Source of the DNA: the human T2T-CHM13v2.0 reference genome, Homo sapiens
Length of the DNA stretch: 64,000 nt
Reading direction: 5' to 3' (one strand)
Assembly (NCBI RefSeq): GCF_009914755.1
Contig: NC_060947.1
The notes beneath the pieces were generated by a model, which was not told where the DNA came from, searched no databases, and saw only the letters and a list, made by a program, of their open reading frames with translations. The position numbers and the translations under genes are program-made. Shown here one piece after another: positions 15,311 through 30,426 of this stretch (positions are counted from its first letter, which is position 1; each line of letters begins with the position of its first letter).

Positions 15311-17146
15311 CAAAATTCCACCAAAAAGTTAGAACTAGTAAATAAATTCAGTAAAGTTGCAGGATGCAAATCAACATACAAAAATTAGTAGCATTTCTAC
15401 ATAGAAATGACAACTTAGCTGAAAAAATAATCAGAAAAATCCCACATATAATAGCATCAAAATTTTAAAATACAAAGGGATAAATTTTATTGAGGAGGTG
15501 AGATTTAAACAATGAAAACATAAAATGTTGAAAAATGAAAGAAGAAACAAATAAGTGGAAAAATATGAAAAATATTATATGCTCATGGATTGAAAGAATT
15601 AATATTGTTAATGTGTCCATACTACCCAAAGCTATATAGAAATTCAATGCAATTCTCACCAAAATTCTGGCAAAATTCTTCACAGAAACAGAAAAAAAAA
15701 ATCCTAACGTTCACATGGAACCACAAAAGACCCCAAATAGTCAAAGTAATATGGAGAAAAAAAAAAGTTGGAGTGAGTATGCTTCCTGGATTAAAATTAT
15801 ATTACAAAGCTGTAGTAATTGAAACAGTGTAGTACTGGCATAAAAACAAAAACATGTAGAAATGAAACAGAATATGAAGCTAAGAAATAAATCTAAACTT
15901 AATACAGCCAATAATTTTTGGGAAGGGCACTAAGAATATAATGAGAAAAAAATGACCTCTTCAATAAATTGTGCTGAGAAAACAACACTTCCACATGCAA
16001 AAATAAAACAAAATAAAAGTTGATAAAAGGCATAAAGGCAATACCTGAAATCACAAAGTTTCTAGAAAGAAACATAGGAGAAATGCTCCCTAACATTGGT
16101 CATAACAATGAGTTTGTTGATATTACACTGGCTGCAAAAAAGAAAAAATAAATAAATGGTACTACATCAAACTAAAATGCTACTGCACTGCAAAGGATAC
16201 AATCAATAAAATGAAAAGACAACCTATACATTGGGAAAACATTTGCAAACCACTTGTCTGATAAGGGATTAATAGCCAAAATTTATAAAGAACTCTTCCA
16301 ATATAATAGCAGAAAAACAAATAACCCAAATAAAGCAAGGACAAATGACCTAAACTGACATTATTTTTTCAAAGAAAATATAAAAACGTTCAGCAGCTAT
16401 ATAAGAAGTTGCTCAACATCCCTAATCACTAGTTACATGCAAGTTAAAAACATTGCAATATCACTTCACACCTGACAGAATGGCTATTATTGAAAAGTCA
16501 AGAGATAACAAATGTTGGCAATGGTGTGGAGAAAAGGAAACCCCACTATACTGTTTGTGGAAATTTAAATTGGTGCAGTCATTACGGAAAACAGTATGGA
16601 GGCCCCTGAAAAATGTTAAAATAGAAATATCATATAATCCAGCAATATTTCTGGTTGTATTTCTACAGGAGTTGAAGTAATTAACTTTTGTGAGAAGTAT
16701 CTGCGCTCCCATGTTTACTGTGGCATTATTCACAATAGCCAAAATATGGAAACACCTAATCATCTGTTGTTGGTGGATGAATTGATAAACCCAATGAGGT
16801 ATATATACAAAATAAAATACTATTCACCCTTAAATATGAAGAAAATCCTGTCACTTGCAAGACATGGATAAGTCTGTAGGATATTATGTTAAGTAAAATA
16901 AACCAGAAAGAGAAGAAAAAATATCTCATTATGTCACACACAGATAAAATTTAAAAGAAAAACAACAAACAGACAAAGATAGAGAATAAAACAGTGGTTA
17001 TCAAGGGGCTGGTAAAGAAGGAAATGGGGAGATGTAAGGGAAAAAATTCTAAAGTGCAGACATGTAGGATCAACAAGTCCAGAGATCTAATGTACATTAC
17101 GAGGAATATAGTTAGCAAACTTTTATTGTGTTCTATAAAAAAAAAA
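15311..17146 (+). mobile_element. Old L1MA (MA7-9-like), 3' part of ORF2 plus 3' UTR
   Basis: Degenerate ORF2 ('[13 protein letters not shown]', 'YHFTPDRMAII') and 3' UTR 'agagatctaatgtaca'. Confidence 0.8.
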
Positions 17147-17180
17147 TAATGAGTTGTCTAAAAAAATCAAGAAAACCATC

Positions 17181-19560
17181 TTATATGGTTTGGTTCTGTG
17201 TCCCCACCGAAATGTTACATTGAATTATAGTTTCCAATGTTTGGGGACCTGGTAGCAGGTGATTGGATCAAAGGGGATAGATTTTTCCCTTGCTGTTCTG
17301 GTGACAGTGAGTTCTCACAAGATATGATGATTTAAAAGTCTGTGGCAATTCCCCCTTTTTTCTCTCTCTCTCTCCCTCTCTTTTCTGTTGCCATGTTACA
17401 TGCTTGATTTCCCTTCATCTTCTGCTATTATTGTAAGTTTCCTGAGGCCTCCCAAGCCATGCCTCCTGTACAGCCTGCAGAACTATGAGTCAATTAAACA
17501 TCTTTTCTTTATAAACTACCCAGTATCATTGGTCCTTTATAGCAATGTAAGAATAGAAAAATACAAAAAAAAATGGTGTCAGAGAAGTGAGGCATTTCTA
17601 TAAAGATACCTGAAAATGTGGAAGCAGCTTTGGAACTAGGTAATAAGCAGAAGTAGGAACAGTTTTGAGGGCTCAGAAGAAGACAGGAAGATTGGGAAAA
17701 GTTTTAAACTTCCTAGATACTTGTTGAATTATTGACCAAAATGTTGATAGTAATATGGGCAATGGATTCCAGGAAGAAGTGGTGTCAGATGGAGATGAGA
17801 AACTTATTGGGAACTAGAGTAAGGGTCACTCTTGCTATGCTTTACCAAAGAGACTGGCAGCATTGTGCCCCTTTTCTAGAGATCTGTGGAGCTTTGAACT
17901 TGCAAGAAATGAATTAGTGTATCTGGCAGGAAAAAAACTCTAAGCAACAAATCATACAAGTTATAACCTGGCTGCTTCTCACAGCCTACGTCACATGCAT
18001 GGGCAAATAAATGATGTAAAACTGGAACTTAAAGAGTAAGTATAGTGTAAAAGTTTGGAAAATTTGCAGCCTGACTATGTGTGGGGAAGAAACATTTTCC
18101 AAGGAGAAATTCAAACTGGCTGCAGAAATTTGCATAAGTAAAGGGGAGACAAATGCTAATAGCCAAGACAATGGTGAAAATGCCTCCAATGTATTTTAGA
18201 GATCTTAGCAGCTGCCTCTCTTTTCACAGGCCTGGGTTTATGGGGAAGAATGGTTTCATGTGCCAGGCCCAGGGCCCTGCTGTTCTGTGCAGCCTTGGGA
18301 CATAACACCCTGTGTCCCAGCCACTCCAGATTTAGCCATGGCTAAAAGGGACCAACGTACAGCTTGGGCCATTGTTTCAGGGGGCATAAGCCCCAATGCT
18401 TGGCAACACCCATGTGATGTTGGGCCTGTAGGTGCACAGAAGGCATGATTTGAGGTTTGGGAGCCTCCACCTAGATTTCAAATGATGTATAGAAATGCCT
18501 GGATATCAAGGCAGAAGTCTTCTGCAGAGACAGAGCCTTAATGGAGAGCCTCTACTAGCAAAGTGCAGAGGGGAAATGTGGGGTTGGAGACCCCACTCAG
18601 AGTACCTATGGGGGCACTGCCTGTTGGAGCAGTGAGGAGAGGGCCATCGTTCTCCAGCCTCCAGAATGGTAGATTCATCAACAGCTTGCACCATGAACCT
18701 GGAAAAGCTGCAGGCACTCAACGCCAGCCTGAGAAAGCAGCCACGGGGGCTTTACCATGCAGAGACACAGGGCCAAAGCTGCCAAAGGCCTTGGGAGCTC
18801 AACCCTCGTATCATTGTGGCCTGGATGTGAGACATGGAATCAAAGGAAATTATTCTGGAGCATTAAGATTTAGTGACTGCCCTGCTTGGTTTTAGACTTG
18901 CATAGGGCCTATAGCCTCTTTGTTTTGGCCAATTTATGCCATTTGGAATGAGAATATTTACCCAATGCCTGAACCCTTATTGTATGTTGGAAGTAACTAA
19001 CTTGTTTTTGATTTTACAGGCTCATAGGCAGAACGAACTTGCCTTGTCTCAGATGAGACTTTGGACATGAATTTTTGAGTTAATGCTGGAATGAGTTAAT
19101 ACTTTGGGGAGTGTCAGGAAGGCATGACTGTGTTTTGAAATGTGAGGAGGACATGATGTTTGAGAGGGGCCAAGCGTGGGATAATATGGTTTTGCTCTGT
19201 GTCCCCACCCAAATCTCATGTCAAATTGTAATTTCCAATGGTGGGTGTGGGACCTGGTGAGAGGTGATTAAATCATGGGGGTGGATTTTTCTATTGCTGT
19301 TCTGGTGATAGTGAGTGAGTTCTCATGATATCTGATAGTTTAAATATCTGTGGTACTTCCCCATCCACCACTCTGTTGTCACCATGTGGCAATGTGCTTG
19401 CTTCCCCTTCACCTTCTGCCATGATTGTAAATTTCCTGAGGCCTCCTCAGCCATGTCTCCTGTATAGCCTGCAGAACTGTGAGGCAATTAAGCCTCTTTT
19501 CTTTATAAACTACTCAGTCTCAGGTAGTTTGTTATACTAATGTGAGAACAGACTAATACA
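17181..19560 (+). mobile_element. Full-length MST (MSTA-like) MaLR provirus: LTR 17181-17565, internal 17566-19181, LTR 19182-19560
   Basis: Two similar LTRs of about 380 bp ending AATACA, a 1.6-kb MaLR internal region, and a near-TSD CCATC/CCATT. Confidence 0.92.
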
Positions 19561-22380
<2,820 letters not shown>

Positions 22381-22383
<3 letters not shown>

Positions 22384-22670
22384 AACTTCAAAATGCCTAA
22401 GCCACACACGCCTAAGCTGCAGCAGTCAAGCATTCCTACAAGACTTCCTCCATCAGGATGTTGCTTCAAGTGCCAGAAATCTGGCCACTGGGCCAAGGAA
22501 TGCCCGTAGCCCGGGATTCCTCCCAAGCCATGTCCCATCTGTGCAAGGACCCACTGGAAGGCAGACTGCCCAGCTCACCTGGTAGCCACTCCTAGAGCCC
22601 CTAGAGCTCTAGCCCAGGGCTCTCTGACTGACTCCTTCCCAGATCTGCTTGGCTTAGCAACTGAAGATTG
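22381..22670 (+). pseudogene. gag: HERV-H gag 3' end (NC, CCHC knuckle)
   Basis: tgcttcaagtgccagaaatctggccactgggccaaggaatgc encodes C-X2-C-X4-H-X4-C. It ends gaagattga. Confidence 0.85.
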
Positions 22671-25600
22671 ACGCGCCTGATCACCTTGGAAGCCCCCTGG
22701 ACCATCACAGATGCCGAGCTTCAGGTAACTCTCACATTGGAGGGTAAGTCCATCCCCTGTCTAATCGATACGGGGGCTACCCACTCCATGTTGCCTTCTT
22801 TTCAAGGGCCTGTTTCCCTCGCCCCGATAACTGTTGTGGGTATTGAAGGCCAAGCTTCAAAACCCCTGAAAACTCCCCCACTCTGGTGCCAACTTGGACA
22901 ACACTCTTTTATGCACTCTTTTTTAGTTATCCCCACCTGCCCAGTTCCCTTATTAGGCTGAGATATTTTAACCAAATTATCTGCTTCCCTGACTATTCCT
23001 GGACTACAGCCACATCTCATTGCCACCCTTCTCCCCAACCCAAAGCCTCCTTTGCATCTTCCTCTCGTATCCCCCAACCTTAACCCACAAGTATGGGACA
23101 TCTCTACTCCTTCCCTGGCAACCGATCACATGCTCATTACCATCCCATTAAAACCTAACCACCCTTACCCAGCTCGATGCCAATATCCCATCCCACAGCA
23201 CGCTTTAAAAGTATTAAAGCCTGTTATCACTCTCCTGCTACAGCATGGGCTTCTAAAACCTATAAACTCTCCTTACAATTCCCCCATTTTACCTGTCCAA
23301 AAACCAGACAAGTCTTATGATTAGTTCAGGATCTGCACCTTATCAACAAAATTGTTTTGCCTATCCACCCTGTGGTGCCCAACCCGTACACTCTTTTGTC
23401 CTCAATACCTTCCTCCACAACTCACTATTCCATTCTTGATCTTAAAGATGCTTTTTTCACTATTCCCCTGCACCCCTCATCCCAGTCTCTCTTTGCTTTC
23501 ACCTGGACTGACCCTGATACCCATCAGTCCCAGCAGCTTACCTGGGCAAGGTTTCAGGGACAGCCCTCATTGCTTCAGCCAAGCTCTTTCTCATGATTTA
23601 CTTTCTTTCCACCCCTCCACTTCTCACCTTATTCAATATATTGATGACCTTCTTCTTCGTGGCCCCTCCTTTGAATCTTCTCAACAAGACACACTTCTGC
23701 TCCTTCAGCATTTATTCTCCAAAGGATATCGAGTATCCCCCTCCAAGCTCAAATTTCTTCTCCTTCCTTTACCTACCTTAGCATAATTCTTCATAAAAAC
23801 ACACATGCTCTCCCTGCTGATCGTGTCCGACTGATCTCTCAAACCCCAACCCCTTCTACAAAACAACAACTCCCTTCCTTCTTGGGCATGGTTGGATACT
23901 TTCACCTTTGGATACCTGGTTTTGCCATCCTAACAAAACCATTATGTAAACTCACAAAAGGAAACCTAGTGGACCCCATAGAGCCTAAATCCTTTCCCCA
24001 CTCCTCTTTCCATTCCTTGAAGACAGCTTTAGAGACTGCCCCCACTCTAGCTCTCCCTAATTCATCCCAACCCTTTTCATTACACACAGCCAAAGTGCAG
24101 GGCTGTGCAGTCGGAATTCTTACACAAGGACCAGGATCGCGTCCTCTAGCCTTTTTGTCCAAACAACTTGACCTTACTGTTTTAGGCTGGCCATCATGTC
24201 TCTGTGCAGTGGCTGCTGCCACCCTAATAGTTTTAGAGGCCCTCAAAATCACAAACTATGCTCAACTCACTCTCTACAGCTCTCATAATTTCCAAAATCT
24301 ATTTTCTTCCTCACACCTGACACATATACTTTCTGCTCCCTGGCTCCTTCAGCTATACTCACTCTTTGTTGAGTCTCCCACAATTACCATTGTTCCTGGC
24401 CCAGACTTCAATCCAGCCTCCCACATTATTCCGGATACCACACCTGACCCTCATGACTGCATCTCTCTGATCCACCTGACGTTCACCCCATTTCCCCACA
24501 TTTCCTTCTTCCCTGTTTCACACCCTGATCACACTTGGTTTATTGATGGCAGTTCCACCAGGCCTAATCGCCACTCACCAGCAAAGGCAGGCTATGTTAT
24601 AGTATCTTCCATATCTATCATTGAGGCTACCGCTCTTCCCCCTTCCACTACCTCTCAGCAAGCCGAACTAGTTGCCTTAACTCAAACCCTCACTCTTGCA
24701 AAAGGACTACGCATCAATATCTATACTGATTCTAAATATGCCTTTCATATTCTGCACCACCATGTGGTCATTATGGGCTGAAAGAGGTTTCCTCACTACA
24801 CAAGCGTCCTCCATCATTAATGCCTCTTTAATAAAAACTCTGCTCAAGGCCGCTTTACTTACAAAGGAAGCTGGGTCATTCACTGCAAGGGGAATCAAAA
24901 GGCGTCAGATGCCATTGCTCTAGGCAACGCTTATGCTGATAAAGTGGCTAGACAAGCAGCTAGCTTTCCAACTTCTGTCTCTCACAGTAACGCTTATGCT
25001 GATAAGGTGGCTAGACAAGCAGCTAGCTCTACAACTTCTGTCCCTCACGGCCAGTTTTTCTCCTCCACATCGGTCACTCTCACCTACTCCCCCGCTGAAA
25101 CTTCCACCTATCAATCTCTTCCCACACAAGGCAAATGGTTCTTAGACCAAGGAAAATATCTCCTTCCAGCCTCACAGGCCCATTCTATTCTGTCATCATT
25201 TCATAACCTCTTCCATGTGGGTTACAAGCCACTAGCCCGTCTCTTAGGACCTCTCATTTCCTTTCCATCATGGAAATCTATCCTCAAGGAGATCACTTCT
25301 CAGTGTTCCATCTGCTATTCTACTACCCCTCAGGGATTGTTCAGGCCTCCTCCCTTTCCTACACATCAAGCTCGGGGATTTGCCCCTGCCCAGGACTGGC
25401 AAATTGACTTTACTCACATGCCTGGAGTCAGAAAACTAAAATATCTCTTAGTCTGGGTAGACACTTTCACTGGTGGATAGAGGCCTTTCCCACAGGGTCT
25501 GAGAAGGCCACCGTGGTCATTTCTTCCCTTCTGTCAGACATAATTCCTCAGTTTGGCCTTCCCACCTCTATACAGTCTGATAACAGACCAGCCTTTACTA

Positions 25601-26238
25601 GTCAAATCACCCAAGCAGTTTCTTGGGCTCTTGGTATTCAGTGGAACCTTCATATCCCTTACCATCCTCAATCTTCAGGAAAGGTAGAACAGACGAATGG
25701 TCTTTTAAAGACACACCTCACCAAACTCAGCCTCCAACTTAAAAAGGATTGGACAGTAGTTTTACCTCTTGCCCTTCTCAGAATTAGAGCCTGCCCTCGA
25801 GATGCTACAGGGTACAGTCCATTTGAACTTTTATATGGACGCACTTTCTTGCTTGGCCCCAACCTCATCCCAGACACCAGCCCTGTAGGTGACTATCTTC
25901 CAGTCCTCCAACAGGCTAGACAGGAAATTCGCCAGGCTGCTAATCTTCTCTTGCCTACTCCAGATCCCCAGCCATAGGAAGACACCCTAGCTGGACGATC
26001 AGTTCTTGTTAAGAATCTGACCCCTCAAACTCTACAACCTCAATGGACTGGACCCTACTTAGTCATCTATAGTACCCCGACTGCCATCCACCTGCAGGAT
26101 CCTCCCCACTGGGTTCACCGTTCCAGAATAAAGCTGTGTCCATTGGACAGCCAGCCTAATCCCTTCTCTTCCTCCTGGAAGTCGCAAGTACTCTCCCCTA
26201 CTTCCCTTAAACTCACTCGTATTTCTGAAGAACAGTAA
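22671..26238 (+). pseudogene. pol: HERV-H pro-pol (PR, RT, RNase H, IN), disrupted
   Basis: Collinear ORFs 22668-22961, 23052-23324, 23357-23596, 23352-23786, 23882-24781, 24944-25480 and 25513-25977. Confidence 0.92.
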
Positions 26239-26533
26239 TAACCCTTACGAGCCTAATACATCCCTTCATTCTATTAGGTCTGTTCGTCCTTACCCTACTT
26301 TTTGCAATAGGGCTTTACGAAGTCACCCCCACCACTTAGGCCGAGCCCCAAAAAACTTGTCATCCCTACTATTTTCTGTCTAGTCATACTCCTATTCTCC
26401 ATTCTCAACTACTTATAAATGTCCTACTCTTGTTTACACTGCTGGTTTACACTGTTTCTTCAAGCCATCACAGCTGATATCTCTTGGTGCTATCCCCAAA
26501 CCACCACTCTCAATTCCCTCTTAGAGTGGATAG

Positions 26534-28287
26534 ATGATCTTTGCTGGCAGGGCACCCTCCAATACTTCCACCTTGATGAAGTTCTATTCTTTACTTTTAT
26601 ACTCACTCATTCACATTCCCATTCTTATGCCACCCTCTACCTCTCCCCAGCTATCTCCACGACACTATCAACCTTACCCATTCTCTCCTAGCTGCTTCTA
26701 ATCCCTCCTTAGTGAACAACTCCTGGCTTTGCATTTCCCTTTATTCCAGTGCCTACACAGCTGTCCCCGCCTTACAGACAGACTGGGCAATGTCTCCTGT
26801 CTCCTTACACCTCCAAACTTCCTTTAACAGCCCTCACCTTTACCCTCCTGAAGAACTCATTTACTTTCTAGACAGGTCCAGCAAGACTTCCCCAGACAAT
26901 TCACATCAGCAAGCTGCCGCCCTCCTCCGCACTTATTTAAAAAAACCTTTCTCCTTATATTAACTCTACTCCCCCTATATTTGGACCTCTCACAACACAA
27001 ACTACTATTCCTGTGGCTGCTCCTTTAGGTATCTCTTGGCAAAGACCCACTGGAATTCCCCTAGATAATTTTTCACCTTCTTGATGTTCCTTTACTCTTC
27101 ATCTCCAAAGTCCAACTACACACATCACTGAAACAACTGGAGTCTTCCAGCTCCATATTACAGACAAGCCCTCTATCAATACTGACAAACTTAAAAATGT
27201 TAGCAGTAATTATTGCTTAGGAAAACATTTACCCTGTATTTCACTCCATCCTTGGCTACCTTCCCCTTGCTCATCAGACTCTCCTCGTAGGCCCTCTTCT
27301 TGTTTACTTATATCCAGCCCCGAAAATAACAGTGAAAGGTTGTTCATAGATACTCAACGTTTTCTCATACACCATGAAAATCGAACCTCCCCCTCCACAC
27401 AGTTACCCCATCAGTCCCCATTACAACCTCTGACGGCTGCCGCCCTAGCTGCATCCCTAGGAGTCTGGGTACAAGACACCCCTTTCAGCACTCCTTCTCA
27501 CCTTTTTACTTTGCATCTCCAGTTTTGCCTTGCACAAGGTCTTTTCTTCCTCTGTGGATCCTCTACCTACATGTGTCTACCTGCTAATTGGACAGGCACA
27601 TGCACACTAGTTTTCCTTACCCCCAAAATTCAATTTGCAAATGGGGCTGAGGAGCTCCCTGTTCCCCTCATGACACTGACACAACAAAAAAGAGTTATTC
27701 CACTAATTCCATTGTTGGTCGGTTTAGGACTTTCTGCCTCCACTATTGCTCTCGGTACTGGAATAGCAGGCATTTCAACCTCTCTCACGACCTTCTGTAG
27801 CCTGTCTAATGACTTCTCTGCTAGCATCGCAGACATATCACAAGCTTTATCAGTCCTCCAGGCCCAAGTTGACTCTTTAGCTGCAGTTGTCCTCCAAAAC
27901 CGCTGAGGCCTTGACTTACTCACTGCTGAAAAACAAGGACTCTGTATATTCTTAAATGAAGAGTGTTGTTTTTACCTAAATCAATCTGGCCTGGTGTATG
28001 ACAACATAAAAAAACTCAAGGATAGAGCCCAAAAACTTGCCAACCAAGCAAGTAATTATGCTGAATCCCCTTGAGCACTCTCTAATTGGATGTCCTGGAT
28101 CCTCCCAATTTTTAGTCCTTTAATACCCGTTTTTCTCCTTCTTTTGTTCGGACCTTGTATCTTCCGTTTAGTTTCTCAATTCATCCAAAACCGTATCCAG
28201 GCCATCACCAATCATTCTATATGACAAATGTTTCTTCTAACAACCCCACAATACCACCCCTTACCACAAGATCTCCCTTCAGCTTAA
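26534..28287 (+). pseudogene. env: HERV-H env, full length but disrupted
   Basis: ATG at 26534 reads MIFAGRAPSNTSTLMKFYSLLLYSL. Also present: 'NNSWLCISL', cleavage-site region QQKR/VIPLIP, and the immunosuppressive domain [13 protein letters not shown] with a TGA at 27904-27906. It ends ...DLPSA*. Confidence 0.9.
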
Positions 28288-28451
28288 TTTCTCCCACTCT
28301 AGGTTCCCACGCTGCCCCTAATCCCGCTTGAAGCAGCCCTGAGAAACATCGCCCATTCTCCCTCTCCATACCACCACCCAAAAATTTTCGCCAACCCAAC
28401 ACTTCAACACTGTTTTGTTTTATTTTTCTTATTAATATAAGAAGGCAGGAA

Positions 28452-28952
28452 AGTCAGGCCTCTGAGCCCAAGCCAAGCCATCGCATCCCCTGTGACTTGC
28501 ACGGATATGCCCAGATGGCCTGAAGTAACTGAAGAATCACAAAAGAAGTGAAAATGCCCTGCCCCTCCTTAACTGATGACATTCCACCACAAAAGAAGTG
28601 TAAATGGCCGGTCCTTGCCTTAACTGATGACATTCCACCACAAAAGAAGTGAAAATAGCCGGTTCTTGCCTTAAGTGATGACATTACCTTGTGAAAGTCC
28701 TTTTCCTGTCTCATCCTGGCTCATAAAACTCCCCCACTGAGCACCTTGCGACCCCACTCCTGCCTGCCAGAGAACAAACCCCCTTTGACTGTAATTTTCC
28801 TTTACCTACCCAAATCTTATAAAACCACCCCACCTCTATCTCCCTTCGCTGACTCTCTTTTCGGACTCAGCCCGCCTGCACCCAGGTGATTAAAAGCTTT
28901 ATTGCTCACACAAAGCCTGTTTGGCAGTCTCTTTGCACAGATGCGCATGAAA
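28452..28952 (+). mobile_element. LTR7-family 3' LTR of HERV-H with three ~50-bp U3 repeats
   Basis: agtcaggcctctgagcccaag (first T changed to A) to gcgcatgaaa. TATAAAA at about 28818 and ATTAAA at about 28889. Confidence 0.93.
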
Positions 28953-29581
28953 ATTTGCATATGTTGAACAAGCCTTTTATTGCAGGGATGAAGCCAACTT
29001 GATCGTGGTGGATAAGCTTTTTGATGTGCTGCTGGATTTTGTTTGCCAATATTTTACTGAGGATTTTGGCATCAATGTTCATCAGGGATATTGGCCTGAA
29101 ATTTTCTTTTTTTATTGTGTCTCTGCCAGGTTTCGGTGTCAGGAAGATGCTTGTCTCATAAAATGAGTTAGGGAGGATTCTCTCTCTGTTGTTTGGAATA
29201 GTTTTAGAAGGAATAGTATCAGCTCCTCTTTGTGCCTCTGGTAGAATTTGGCTGTGATTCCATCTGATCCTGGACTTTTTTTGGTTGGTAGGCTATTAAT
29301 TACTGCCTCAATTTCAGAACCTTTATGGGCCTATTTAGGGATTTGACTTCTTTCTGGTTTAGGCTTGGAAGGGTGTGTGTGTCCAGCAATATATCCATTT
29401 CATCTAGATTTTCTAGTTTATTTGTGTAGAGCTGTTTACAGTATTCTCTGATGGTAGTTTGTATTTCTGTGGAATCAGTAGTTATATTCTCTATATCATT
29501 TTTTATTGCTTCTGTTTGATTCTTCTCTCTTTTCTTTTGTATTAGACTGGATAGCAGTCTATCTATTTTGTTGATCTTTTC

Positions 29582-30426
29582 TTTTTTTTCTTTTAACATA
29601 TTTATTAGAGAAAGCTAAGTTTCATTTTTTTCTTTTTTTTTCTTTTTTTTAAATTTTATTATTATTATACTTTAAGTTTTAGGGTACATGTGCACATTGT
29701 GCAGGTTAGTTACATGTGTATACATGTGCCATGCTGGTGTGCTGCACCCATTAACTCGTCATTTAGCATTAGGTATATCTCCTAATGCTATCCCTCCCCC
29801 TCCCCCCATGCCACAACAGTCCCCAGAGTGTGATGATCCCCTTCCTGTGTCCATGTGTTCTCATTGTTCAATTCCCACCTATGAGTGAGAACATGCGGTG
29901 TTTGTTTTTTTGTCCTTGCGATAGTTTACTGAGAATGATGATTTCCAATTTCATCCATGTCCCTACAAAGGACATGAACTTATCATTTTTTATGGCTGCA
30001 TAGTATTCCATGGTGTATATGTGCCACATTTTCTTAATCTAGTCTATCATTGTTGGACATTTGGATTGGTTCCAAGCCTTTGCTATTGTGAATAGTGCCG
30101 CAATAAACATACATGTGCATGTGTCTTTATAGCAGCATGATTTATAGTCCTTTGGGTATATACCCAGTAATGGGATGGCTGGGTCAAATGGTATTTCTAG
30201 TTCTAGATCCCTGAGGAATCGCCACACTGACTTCCACAATGGTTGAACTAGTTTACAGTCCCACCAACAGTGTAAAAGTGTGCCTATTTCTCCACATCCT
30301 CTCCAGCACCTGTTGTTTCCTGACTTTTTAATGATTGCCATTCTAACTGGTGTGAGATGGTATCTCATTGTGGTTTTGATTTGCATTTCTCTGATGGCCA
30401 GTGATGGTAAGCATTTTTTTCATGTG
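29582..30426 (-). mobile_element. Young L1PA (PA3-like) 3' fragment of about 0.8 kb with a 3' transduction, nested in the older L1
   Basis: TSD tattttgttgatcttttc at 29564-29581 and 30427-30444; two poly-T tracts. Confidence 0.93.

Noticed and set aside
18563-18895. 110-aa ORF in the MST internal region
   Set aside because: It is a fragment of the decayed MaLR internal ORF, with stops on either side.
27340-27906. Domesticated syncytin-like env
   Set aside because: There is a stop in the immunosuppressive domain, frameshifts upstream, and no 5' LTR.
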